This document shows, piece by piece, positions 28,223 through 39,879 of a stretch of DNA of 57,798 bases; the stretch's first letter is position 1, and the number at the start of each line of letters is the position of its first letter. A program made the translations under genes and the position numbers. Source of the DNA: Patescibacteria group bacterium (lineage in GTDB: Bacteria > Patescibacteriota > Microgenomatia > UBA8517); assembly GCA_041742135.1 (NCBI GenBank), contig JBGSJG010000004.1, forward strand, positions 111,975 to 169,772, read 5' to 3'. The notes below the pieces were generated by a model, which was not told the DNA's origin, made no database searches, and saw only the letters and a program-made list of their open reading frames with translations.

Positions 28223-28780
28223 TCACAAACCAGACTGGCTATCGTAAATTGGATTTTGTTGCATTTGTTGCAAAAGAATGGCTTTAAGCTCCTCAGCTTT
28301 CGCTTTTTTGAGCCCCGGGATGCTTAGCTTGTTTTCCAGCGCTCCGATAAATTCTAAGTCTCTTCTTTTGCCTCCTCGAGTTGTTGTAAGAGCGGTGTCG
28401 CGGCCGCCAGAAGCGTTTTCGATTAATATTGTAGCGATTCCAAAGATACGATCCAGAAAATCCTGTGAAATTAAAATATTTTGAATCACTCCATAACGAA
28501 TGTATTTGCGTTGCTTACTTAAAACACCCTGATAAATGGTGATAGTGTCTGGGCCTAAAGTGAAGTGGAAGTTAATCTTTGAAAGAATGGGGAATACTAC
28601 GACGAATATAAGAAAAAGCGGGAAAATGAGTGTGTACCAAGATATATAAATTTGGCCATATCGTATACCGAGTAAAAAATAAACAATAATCCACGGAATC
28701 TTTTTTAGGATGAGTTTGGCTATCCAAGAAGTCGTGATTGGAAAATCCTTATCACTGGCTAGCTGCATGGTACTCATCAT
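28223..28780 (-). CDS. bPH_2 (YdbS/YdbT-like, membrane-flanked PH domain) protein
   Basis: Two N-terminal TM helices, then YIRYGVIQNILISQDFLDRIFGIATILIENASGG. Confidence 0.75.
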   Translation of the reverse strand: MMSTMQLASDKDFPITTSWIAKLILKKIPWIIVYFLLGIRYGQIYISWYTLIFPLFLIFVVVFPILSKINFHFTLGPDTITIYQGVLSKQRKYIRYGVIQNILISQDFLDRIFGIATILIENASGGRDTALTTTRGGKRRDLEFIGALENKLSIPGLKKAKAEELKAILLQQMQQNPIYDSQSGL

Positions 28781-29318
28781 TTCTCTTGATTGTTTTGGAT
28801 CTTACTTTGGCCAAAAGCTCATCCCTCAGGCCTTCTGCTGCAGCTTTTTCCACCCCGTCAATGTGAGCTGCCATGCCGGAAGTGAAAGTGGCGCTTGAAA
28901 GGTGAACATCGTAAAGCCCAAAAATTCTGTCAAAAATATCCTGATCCACATAAACATCTTGAACGCGCTCGTAGGGGATTGTAATTTCTTTTGGAGTTAT
29001 TGGTCCTTTTTTAATTACGATGTAATCCGTCGAGAGCTCGTAATAATAAACCGCAAAGTACCATCTTTGGTAAAAATATGTAATTAAAACACTTAAGCTA
29101 ACGATGAAGAAAATAACCCCAAAAAACGTTCCCGCTCCAAAAGGAAGCTGGCCTGGATCTAGTGACGCAAATAGGGGAATAAATATTATGAGTGAAAACA
29201 AAAAAAGCAGAGAATAGCCAATAGACCCTGAAATAGTCTTCTTGATTATTTTACTGTAACTAAGGGGGAATTTTTCGCGTGTTGGGCTTGTGGCGATTTG
29301 CATAATAAAATTATACAC
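28752..29318 (-). CDS. bPH_2 (YdbS/YdbT-like) protein, tandem paralogue
   Basis: Two TM helices, then IPYERVQDVYVDQDIFDRIFGLYDVHLSSAT. Overlaps the downstream paralogue by 29 nt. Confidence 0.75.
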   Translation of the reverse strand: MYNFIMQIATSPTREKFPLSYSKIIKKTISGSIGYSLLFLFSLIIFIPLFASLDPGQLPFGAGTFFGVIFFIVSLSVLITYFYQRWYFAVYYYELSTDYIVIKKGPITPKEITIPYERVQDVYVDQDIFDRIFGLYDVHLSSATFTSGMAAHIDGVEKAAAEGLRDELLAKVRSKTIKRNDEYHAASQ

Positions 29319-29368
29319 CTATCGTAAATTTACTTCTTAGCCTCAGTGTGTTAACATTTTCGTACTTC

Positions 29369-29388
29369 GGGTGCGTGGCTCAGTGGTA
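29369..29388 (+). pseudogene. Orphan copy of the first 20 nt of tRNA-Ile
   Basis: gggtgcgtggctcagtggta is identical to 29427-29446. It is followed by unrelated sequence containing the hairpin cacttc...gaagtg, with no T arm. Confidence 0.7.
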
Positions 29389-29426
29389 AGCAAAGCTTGG
29401 CCACTTCGCTCATCTGAATGAAGTGA

Positions 29427-29501
29427 GGGTGCGTGGCTCAGTGGTAGAGCGCTTTCCTGATAAGAAAGAGGTCCCTGGTTCGATCCCAGGCGCACCCACC
29501 A
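29427..29501 (+). tRNA. tRNA-Ile (anticodon GAU), CCA encoded
   Basis: Acceptor GGGTGCG/CGCACCC, anticodon stem CTTTC/GAAAG with loop CTGATAA, T arm CCTGG-TTCGATC-CCAGG, then ACCA. Confidence 0.9.
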
Positions 29502-29580
29502 GGACCTTCTGATGGTCAAAGATGCAGTTGACCACTATGCTTTACTGTTTGCTAAGATATTTTTACTCCTGTCCAGGAAT

Positions 29581-29769
29581 ATGTCGTATCAAAACTTCTG
29601 TGATATTTGCGGCAAGAAAATTGAGAAAGATTATGATAAGCCAACGTGGGTGGATGTTTCGCTTCGATGGCCTGGGAAAAGTCTCGATGTTTGCATTAAA
29701 TGTTGGGGTGATAAGAAAAAATGGGCAAGGATACAAGCTTTTGAAACTAGCAATACTAGTGTAAAATAG
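29581..29769 (+). CDS. Small CxxC...CxxC zinc-ribbon-like protein
   Basis: MSYQNFCDICGKK...DVCIKCWG, 62 aa from the internal ATG. Confidence 0.4.
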   Translation: MSYQNFCDICGKKIEKDYDKPTWVDVSLRWPGKSLDVCIKCWGDKKKWARIQAFETSNTSVK

Positions 29770-29773
29770 CACC

Positions 29774-29998
29774 ATGCCACAAACAGTAACTATAGATAAA
29801 AAAACCGCTGAAAGTTTGATTGATGCCATATTATCTTTGAAAAAAGAAATTGCGCTTTTACGCCAGAGCCGGGAAGCTCAATATGGCTCTATGGAATGGT
29901 GGCACAAAAGCACTAAGCAGGGTTTAAAAGATATTGAAAATGGGGATTATGAAGCCTTTGGCAACGTAGAAGACCTTATTAAAAGCTTGCATGAATGA
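29774..29998 (+). CDS. Type II antitoxin (partner of the RelE/ParE-like toxin)
   Basis: 74 aa, with a 4-nt ATGA overlap onto the toxin gene. Confidence 0.6.
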   Translation: MPQTVTIDKKTAESLIDAILSLKKEIALLRQSREAQYGSMEWWHKSTKQGLKDIENGDYEAFGNVEDLIKSLHE

Positions 29999-30255
29999 AA
30001 CCTGTCTATTCCAAAGAATTCAAGAAAAAATATAAAAAGCTTCCAGCATCGGCAAAAAAGCAGGTAGATAAGCAAATCAGATTTATTTTTATAGATTTTA
30101 GGCACCCCTCTTTGAAGTCCAGAAAGATGAGTGGATATAAAGACGTGTATGAAGCCAGAGTCAGTAAAGGTTATAGATTAAGGTATCGAGTACAAAAGGA
30201 AATTGTATCGCTTCTCACAGTTGGCCCTCACGATGAAGGATTGGGAAAAAAGTAA
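29995..30255 (+). CDS. RelE/ParE-superfamily toxin
   Basis: 86 aa. The pattern K..KKL......I...I..HP......K.SGYKDVYEARVSKGYRLRY......I.LL.VGPHD matches RelE/ParE. Confidence 0.7.
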   Translation: MKPVYSKEFKKKYKKLPASAKKQVDKQIRFIFIDFRHPSLKSRKMSGYKDVYEARVSKGYRLRYRVQKEIVSLLTVGPHDEGLGKK

Positions 30256-30265
30256 ACCACAAAAA

Positions 30266-30291
30266 CCCCCCCGTTTTACCGGGGGGGTTTT
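30266..30291 (+). terminator. Intrinsic terminator after the TA module
   Basis: C7 (30266-72) pairs with G7 (30281-87) and is followed by TTTT. Confidence 0.75.
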
Positions 30292-30380
30292 CTTATCTAA
30301 TAGTACTTCTGTCGTGTAATTCTTATATCGAGTATCTCTTGGCTCGAGTATTAAATAGATATTATTTAAGAATCAAATTT

Positions 30381-30443
30381 AGTGTTTCGTTCCTCGCCAA
30401 TTACGGCGAAGAGACTCATCAGTCCCGCTAAGCGGGAGACACT
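30381..30443 (-). ncRNA. Hammerhead ribozyme, type III topology
   Basis: The minus strand reads AGUGUC|UCCCGC-UUA-GCGGGA-CUGAUGA-GUCUCUUCGCC-GUAAUU-GGCGAGGAAC-GAA-ACACU. The full conserved core, a GUC cleavage triplet and three helices are all in the correct register. Confidence 0.8.
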
Positions 30444-31040
30444 GAAGGCACTGCACGCGAGAAACTGAATTGGAAAGGGGGGGATAAAATAGAATCGTCA
30501 TTGGACGAAACTAAACCTTTTTCCAACCGCTCGCTGCAGTTAGTAGGCTTGAAAACGCATTGTTTTCCGGCCTTACTGCATTGTGCAGTGGGAGACTAAG
30601 TAAATAGTCTCAGGTCTAGCCAGTAAACTCATAGAGAGTTCACTTTCTAAGTATCTCCTCATTCCAATCAGTTCTCGCATGCAGGGGTTGGTCGCCAGTG
30701 GCGACCCACCTCATTCCCCAAGGGGAATGACCTACCAAGCCTCACGCTGCCCGGTCCTCATCTTCCCAGCTTCTGGAAAGAGAGAAACGAGTTTTGCGAA
30801 ACTCGGCAGACTTGCAAGCGAAAAACCGCTTTTTGTTAACCAACCATTGTGATTAGACCTTTTTGGAAATCCTTGAGGGATTTGGTCTAAATGGTTAACA
30901 AAGTGTTAAAGCTAGCCTATTGTCCGTTGTCTTGGAACACCCCTTTATGGATGGGTTGGCTAGTGAAAGTCAAACAATCACCTCATGGTCCCGACGGGAC
31001 GACCTTTCCGCAGAGCGGCAAGGCATGAGGTGCAAAACAG
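30444..31040. ncRNA. Large, densely structured non-coding region of unknown class
   Basis: ~600 nt without an ORF, carrying at least 12 perfect or near-perfect hairpins plus a ~33-bp long-range helix (30451-30486 with 30652-30684). Polarity is unresolved. Confidence 0.4.
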
Positions 31041-31042
31041 AG

Positions 31043-32956
31043 TTACTGGTTCAAGCCAGTCAGCAAGCTGACGAAAGCTTGAAGCTCGGCGACAGCCCAA
31101 TCAGGCCGCTGTAACTCAGGACGTACCAGAGTATGAGCCGAAAAACTTGGCTCTTCCTGCGGCTGACCTGAAGTCGCCAGTAATTGCAATTGCGTCTCGC
31201 GCGTCCGCGTTGGTGTGCCGAGGAAATAATTGGTTGCGAATATTTCGCCACCAGCCTCGAACACTACAGTCCGATCACAGTACCATGTGGGGTTTTCGAC
31301 GTCGCTGTCGATGTTGACCAGATAGGTAAACCTACCTTGGTCAAAGACCCACAAGTTACCATCTGTAACGTACGCAACAGCGCCGTTACGCGATATTGCT
31401 GGTTGGCTTGCGCCTCCCAGGGTAGCGGGCCAGTCTGGCGATTCAACGACTAAAATCGTGTCGTTGGTAGCCGTTTGAACCGTATAAGCGGTTATGTCGT
31501 TCTGAACCTGAGGCTCAGTAGACATGCCGCCTTCGGCTGGCTGGATGTCGCGGACTGCGCCGGTTTCAAGGTTTATCACCTTGATTCGACCGTCTTGGAC
31601 ATAGCCGATTTCTAGGTTGTTCACCCAGAATGGCTGAATTGCATTGGCGATAGTTCTCGTTAAAGAACCACCGTCGTGTGTGGCTTTGACGCCCCAAACT
31701 CCCTCTGTTGAGAGGAACTCGTAGGCGACATCGCCCTGATCGTTCACCGCCGGATTGCGGTAGAGCCCTGCTGTTGGTGTGACGACCCAGCTATTCGCCA
31801 GATCCTCAAACCTTGCCATTCGGATCTCCCAAAGGAGTCCGACCTGCCGCGCGAACGCGACGTATTCACCCGAAGGTGAAAGTGATGGATCGATGTCGAC
31901 GTTGTCCGTAGTCGCCCACGAGCTGACCGCGCGATTGCCGCTAGTCAAGATTCGTAGTTGAACTTCGTTGTCGACCCGACGCAGGTAAACAGATGGCTCC
32001 GTACAATAGACCGGAGCGGGGGGCGGAGGTTCAGGCATAGCCTCGAACCAACAATCGTACACCGGCATGCCGCCCTGCACAGTCCATGTTGCATACATGG
32101 TTGAGCCAGCAATTTCTCGCTGAATCGTTTGACCTTGATCAAACCATGTACCGTGGCGGAAAGGACCGACGTAGCCTTGGCGGACGCCCATATATGTCCA
32201 AACCCGGAGGGTGTGGCCATCTACGACGTATTCGCCGTCAGCGAACTGAGCGTGTTCGAGACCGCGCGCCGGACATGTAACTGTCGGCAAAGTCTCGGTT
32301 GGCCCCTGCGGTTGCTGTGTCGGCGGAATGACCGTCGGCGTTTCGGTCGGCGGTTGCACCGTCGGGGTACTACTGGGCTCGACCGTGGGTGTAAACGTCT
32401 CCGTTGGAGGAGTCGTTTCCGTTGGTGTTGCACTGGGCTCGACCGTACTGGTCGGGCTTGGCGTGTTCGTGCTGGTTGGCACAAACGTGTTCGTTGCCGT
32501 TGGCGGAATCTCCACCAAATTCATGGAAATCGTACCAACAATCGACGCGACTTCGTCGGGGCCTAGGACCACAAATATCGTGATCGTATTGCCCAAAGTC
32601 AGTCGACCTTGTATTGGAGTTTCCTTGCCGGAATACTCCTCAACATTTAGCGCCCAGATCTCTCCTCCATCGCTTCTTCCCACTACGTGGGTGTTTTCGT
32701 GTTCCGAACCAGGATCGTTAATGACCAATCCTGAGATGTCGAACTCACGACCGACAAGGTCACTAGGAACTTGGTAGTTCCCAATGACGTGTTCTGATCC
32801 TTCTTGGCCACGCGGCCAAGGAGGACCACCACCGATCGAGAACGAAATTTCCGTCCCCGTTGCTCCTACCGGCGCCAAATGCAGCCCGGTGCCACAGAAT
32901 AGGACTGCGCCTATTACTGCGGCGAGCAGTACGAACAAAATGTACCGATTGCGCAT
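31043..32956 (-). CDS. Secreted protein: signal peptide, PT-rich linker, TolB/PD40-like beta-propeller
   Basis: GGAGG 5 nt before ATG 32956 (MRNRYILFVLLAAVIGAVLF). PTxTPTxxP linker. PSLSPSGEYVAF and PAISRNGAVAY are PD40-like repeats. GC-rich. Confidence 0.7.
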   Translation of the reverse strand: MRNRYILFVLLAAVIGAVLFCGTGLHLAPVGATGTEISFSIGGGPPWPRGQEGSEHVIGNYQVPSDLVGREFDISGLVINDPGSEHENTHVVGRSDGGEIWALNVEEYSGKETPIQGRLTLGNTITIFVVLGPDEVASIVGTISMNLVEIPPTATNTFVPTSTNTPSPTSTVEPSATPTETTPPTETFTPTVEPSSTPTVQPPTETPTVIPPTQQPQGPTETLPTVTCPARGLEHAQFADGEYVVDGHTLRVWTYMGVRQGYVGPFRHGTWFDQGQTIQREIAGSTMYATWTVQGGMPVYDCWFEAMPEPPPPAPVYCTEPSVYLRRVDNEVQLRILTSGNRAVSSWATTDNVDIDPSLSPSGEYVAFARQVGLLWEIRMARFEDLANSWVVTPTAGLYRNPAVNDQGDVAYEFLSTEGVWGVKATHDGGSLTRTIANAIQPFWVNNLEIGYVQDGRIKVINLETGAVRDIQPAEGGMSTEPQVQNDITAYTVQTATNDTILVVESPDWPATLGGASQPAISRNGAVAYVTDGNLWVFDQGRFTYLVNIDSDVENPTWYCDRTVVFEAGGEIFATNYFLGTPTRTRETQLQLLATSGQPQEEPSFSAHTLVRPELQRPDWAVAELQAFVSLLTGLNQ

Positions 32957-33621
32957 GATTACCTCCTCACGCGCTAAAAAAAACGAATGCCACACAGGCA
33001 CTCCACTACGCTCTTGCGAGTTTCGAGGAGTACAGCACTACCAACTGTCCCACCGGTGGGATCAAACAGCCGGCAATGCTTTTCTCCGAAGAGATCCTGT
33101 ATGGCAAGGAAAGGACAACTATTAACCTTTGCTTAATTCATAACCCCAAAAATAAAAATTACGGATTATTCAAATTAAGAAGATTTTATTAATTCATCCT
33201 CTCTTTGCCACACAGGAAAGTCCCACTTAATTGGGATTAAAAACATGCCGTGTTTATCCACGGTTTGACTTTCTTTCTTTAAAAATTTCGCTTGCTTGTC
33301 AATGTACGAGTCAAATAGTTTCAAAAATCCCACTCGCTTCGAACGGGTTTTAATTTCTTTGACTTACTGCTCTGGAAACTCATGTTCCAGAAGGGGAGGG
33401 TCGACCAATAGATCCACCGGCCCCTCCTCTGAAACCTGAAAATCGAGTATCTGTCTGAATTCGAGAATTACTTAAATCGTTAATTATATTTGATTCACCC
33501 TCGATCGTTATATAGAAGATTAAAGAAGGATTGATTTGTAACTGGCACTATATACCATAGAGTGATAATTGTCAAGCGCCGCAGGCGTCCTGAGTATGTC
33601 GAAGGATGATAAAATCAAGAT

Positions 33622-34769
33622 ATGCCGCGTCTTGTAGTAATTACTTTTGCTAGAGCTGGCTTGGGCCACTTGCGCGTAGCTAATGCAATTATTGAAAGCG
33701 TTCCAGCAGGCACTGAAACTGTCTTTTTTAGCACGACCGACCGAGCTACCTCATTTTTTCATAGGCTAAGCTCAATTAACCCCGTTATGCGCTACTTGGC
33801 TGAGGCCATGCAGCACGGACTACTTGAAGCTGTTTTCACGCTTTTATACACAGCCTCAATCCGAGCTCGGGCTGGTCGCCTTCTGCCTCAAATTGAGGCG
33901 GTAGTTAATCAGCAAAAAGTGAGGCCAACCGAGCTCGTTTTTATCTCAACTCATTTTGGGCTGGCCCACCAGCTCAGCGAGCTTGGAATGTGGCCGGGGC
34001 GGATCTAACAATAGTGCCTAGCCGGCTTACTAAACTTCGCCTTGGTGCCCCTAACTCCAAAGTTGTCCATTACCCACTTAGTCTTAAACTGGGAAAGTAT
34101 TTGGCAGCGGACAAGTTTTCTTACCGCCAAAAACAACTAGATCCAGCGAGTCGGGCTAAGGTAAAAATAAGCCTGCCGGTTTCGGGAGCCGCAGTAGGGT
34201 TACGGTTTTATGAAGAAATATCCGAGCGGCTAAATAGTTTGGAATCAAGATTTACGTTTTATATAACTTCGCGGGATTCTGACTTTACCAAAATATTTCT
34301 GGCGAAAATGGCAAAACGCCCGTATGCAAAAATTCACGCCTTCGAGCATGACCGGCAGGTGGTAGCAAGCTATGATCGGACGATTCGCACAAACACCATC
34401 GCCCTTGAGATTACCAAGCCTTCTGAACAGGCTTTCAAAGCATTGTATTCTCCTCGGCAAGTTGGTGGCGTGGTTCTACTGTTTACGCGGCCAATCGGAA
34501 GGCAAGAGCAGGATAACTTGTGGTACTTGGGGCGAAATGGTTTGATTCCGTCGAGAGAGGATCAGGCGGCTCTTTGGCGGCATGAGCTCGGAGTTATCGC
34601 AAAAGCTAAAAATTGGCGAGGGCTTCGCCTGCCGAGTGAGCCTAAAAAAGCTGCAAAGTTTATCAACTGGTGTTTGGAGACTGGAGTTTTTTCTAGCATG
34701 CTTAGCTACACTGCAAAAGCAAAAAGTAGTGGAGTGACGAAGCTTTGGGATTATGTAGATAAATTATAA
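33622..34769 (+). pseudogene. MGDG-synthase/GT28-like glycosyltransferase interrupted by a frameshift near 33990
   Basis: N-terminal ARAGLGHLRVANAI (GxGH) in ORF 33622-34008. The protein continues in the -1 frame from 33990 (ADLTIVPSRLTKL...). The combined length of ~385 aa is typical for this family. Confidence 0.45.
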
Positions 34770-34771
34770 AT

Positions 34772-35866
34772 ATGGCTGAAGACAAAGCTTTGAGTAGAAG
34801 GGATTTTTTGAAGCTAAGTGGGGCAGCAACTGCCCATGCAGCGCTTACTTTAACTGGAGTTGCAGCAGTTGCTGAATCCTTTCAGGTTCAGCCGGAAAGT
34901 ATTGCTCAGCGGGTTGAAAATATGCCACTTTCAGAGCTCGAGGCTTTAGTTTACGAAAAAACTCCCGTGGTGCCTGATATTGCCGAAATTTCGGAACGAC
35001 TTCAGGGGATTGCTCGGATTGAGCCTGGAGGTAAACTCATGAAAGCAGGTTCTTCTGTGGCCCAAGGGATGCTTAAAAGCGCTTTTGGTGAAGACGCTGA
35101 GGTTAATCTGGGGCGGGAACAAGGTGTTTTCGATGAAGTGCAAAGATACTTTCATTTTCCGGAAGGCGCCATTGAGGCGGCTAGTGTGGTTGGTTCGGAT
35201 ATGGACACCCTTTTGTACGAGTCTATGTATTGCCGCGGCCCGATGCCGTGCCCTCCCAATACTAGCGTAATAGATGCATATATAGACTACTACCATCCTT
35301 GGGTATCAATTAATTTTGTAGGTAGCAACTTGGTGCGTAGAGATGTGCCCTTTGAAGTTTTTGAAGGATTTGTCGAAACTTATATTAATCACTTTGTGCA
35401 CAAAGGGGTCATCCCTATAATGACGACTTTTCCACATCCTAGAAGTTCTGAACACGAGCCTTATAACACTTGGTTTAATGATCCTCAACCGATTGGCGGA
35501 AGAGGTATGACAAAGGAGGAGGAAGCTACCGAGCAAATTGAATACAGAAGCTCTATGCTTCCTGAAAACGCTCTCAAATACAATGCGATTTTGATTGAGG
35601 TTGCAAAAAAGTATCAAGTTCCGATAATTAACCTCCAAAGAGGCGTAGTCGAATCTGCCGCAAATAATGGTACTTGGCTAGCAATGCCCCCTCGAATGCC
35701 GGAAATTGATCCTGAACATTTTTCTCATTCTATTGGTGAAGCTAGGTCAACTTTGACCTTGCCGCCGACTGGAGGTCGGTTTGAAAATGGTGAACAGGCG
35801 GTGAGTTACTTTACGCTTTTGACCTTGAGTGAGCTGATCCGGGCCCAAGCTAGCGTCGTTGACTAA
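34772..35866 (+). CDS. Tat-exported hypothetical protein
   Basis: Canonical twin-arginine signal LSRRDFLKLSGAATAHAAL. Confidence 0.65.
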   Translation: MAEDKALSRRDFLKLSGAATAHAALTLTGVAAVAESFQVQPESIAQRVENMPLSELEALVYEKTPVVPDIAEISERLQGIARIEPGGKLMKAGSSVAQGMLKSAFGEDAEVNLGREQGVFDEVQRYFHFPEGAIEAASVVGSDMDTLLYESMYCRGPMPCPPNTSVIDAYIDYYHPWVSINFVGSNLVRRDVPFEVFEGFVETYINHFVHKGVIPIMTTFPHPRSSEHEPYNTWFNDPQPIGGRGMTKEEEATEQIEYRSSMLPENALKYNAILIEVAKKYQVPIINLQRGVVESAANNGTWLAMPPRMPEIDPEHFSHSIGEARSTLTLPPTGGRFENGEQAVSYFTLLTLSELIRAQASVVD

Positions 35867-35993
35867 TTAATTTCACTGCTATATAATACGCTTACCCAAA
35901 TTTATTGGGGGCTAAGTTCGGAAACTTAATGAGAATCATATATCTGTTCAAATTAAATAAGCGCACATAGCGTGCGTGAACCTCAGATAGTTT

Positions 35994-36019
35994 AACCGAG
36001 CTTACGGCTCGGTTTTTTT
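35994..36019 (+). terminator. Intrinsic terminator
   Basis: aaccgagc-ttac-ggctcggtt followed by T7. Confidence 0.75.
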
Positions 36020-36096
36020 GTACCTTAAATATAAGGGAGTTTGGGCCCATAAGAACCTGCTCACGCAGAACCTTGTGGCCCCGAATGATTACATTC

Positions 36097-36170
36097 GGGC
36101 CCATAGCTCAGTTGGCTAGAGCGCGTCATTTGCAATGACGAGGTCAAGGGTTCGAGCCCCTTTGGGTCCA
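36097..36170 (+). tRNA. tRNA-Ala (anticodon UGC)
   Basis: Acceptor GGGCCCA/TGGGTCC with the G3:U70 identity pair, anticodon stem CGTCA/TGACG with loop TTTGCAA, T loop TTCGAGC. Confidence 0.9.
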
Positions 36171-36233
36171 CATTTAATTGAAAGATTAGAGTTTGTAAAA
36201 ACAAGTTTTACAGATTTTAATTTTTTAATTAAA

Positions 36234-36260
36234 GTCTTGTACTTTAACAACTGGAAGAAA
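36234..36260 (+). other. 23S processing-stem 5' arm (pairs with 39675-39700)
   Basis: gtcttgtactttaacaactggaagaaa is complementary to tttcttccagttattaagtacaagac, with a small internal loop. Confidence 0.7.
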
Positions 36261-36323
36261 GGTGATTCCGTATATGCCTCCTAAGGGTTGGCATGTCCGT
36301 CCCGCTTCGGCGGGATTGTACGG

Positions 36324-39656
<3,333 letters not shown>

Positions 39657-39720
39657 TCGTATAATGAAACATTATTTCTTCCAGTTATTAAGTACAAGAC
39701 AAAGTTGGACCTTAAAATTG

Positions 39721-39837
39721 TCTCGGTGATTTAGGCGTCGTCGAACTACCTAATACATTCCGAACTTAGAAGTAAAAGGCGACTGCGGGGACGATAGTTG
39801 TCCGGCAACGGACCGCGAAAATACCTCATTGCCGGGG
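39721..39837 (+). rRNA. rrf: 5S ribosomal RNA
   Basis: CCGAACTTAGAAGT loop-B/helix-III block. The terminal helix TCTCGGTGA/TTGCCGGGG closes with G.U pairs. Confidence 0.85.
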
Positions 39838-39879
39838 CAATTTTGAGGTTCAACAAAAATCGAAAGGTGGAAATGAAAC

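Larger units (their letters stand above)
30327..33477. mobile_element. GC-rich ~3.1-kb island bounded by imperfect ~30-nt direct repeats
   Basis: atcgagtatct-(c/g)t...tcgag.atta...aat occurs at 30327-30356 and at 33442-33477. By eye the interior is much more GC-rich than its surroundings. Confidence 0.35.

Noticed and set aside
31184-32777. Several plus-strand ORFs (89-149 aa, Arg/Gly/Val-rich) and alternative minus-frame ORFs within 31.1-32.8 kb
   Set aside because: These are typical spurious open frames in GC-rich DNA, antisense to or out of frame with the 637-aa secreted propeller gene.
33214-33223. AGGAAAGTCC, identical to the RNase P RNA P4 5' strand consensus
   Set aside because: There is no matching 3' P4 strand (ACAGAA..CCGGCUUA-like). 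The surrounding ~600 nt is AT-rich and lacks the other conserved RNase P blocks. A local three-way junction (ggaaagtc ... gactttc) explains the pairing.
30300-33600. A second hammerhead (or another CUGANGA...GAAA core) that would delimit an excisable RNA; also a DGR template/variable repeat pair for the propeller gene
   Set aside because: A manual scan of both strands found no second CUGAUGA/GAAA arrangement with helices. No reverse transcriptase gene is present in the window, so a DGR or retron is unsupported.
36043-36105. 9-nt gggcccata upstream of tRNA-Ala, repeating the tRNA 5' end as a possible fourth tRNA-end scar
   Set aside because: It is too short and contains the palindrome gggccc. 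A local hairpin (cccgaatg-atta-cattcggg) overlapping the tRNA 5' end may explain the similarity.
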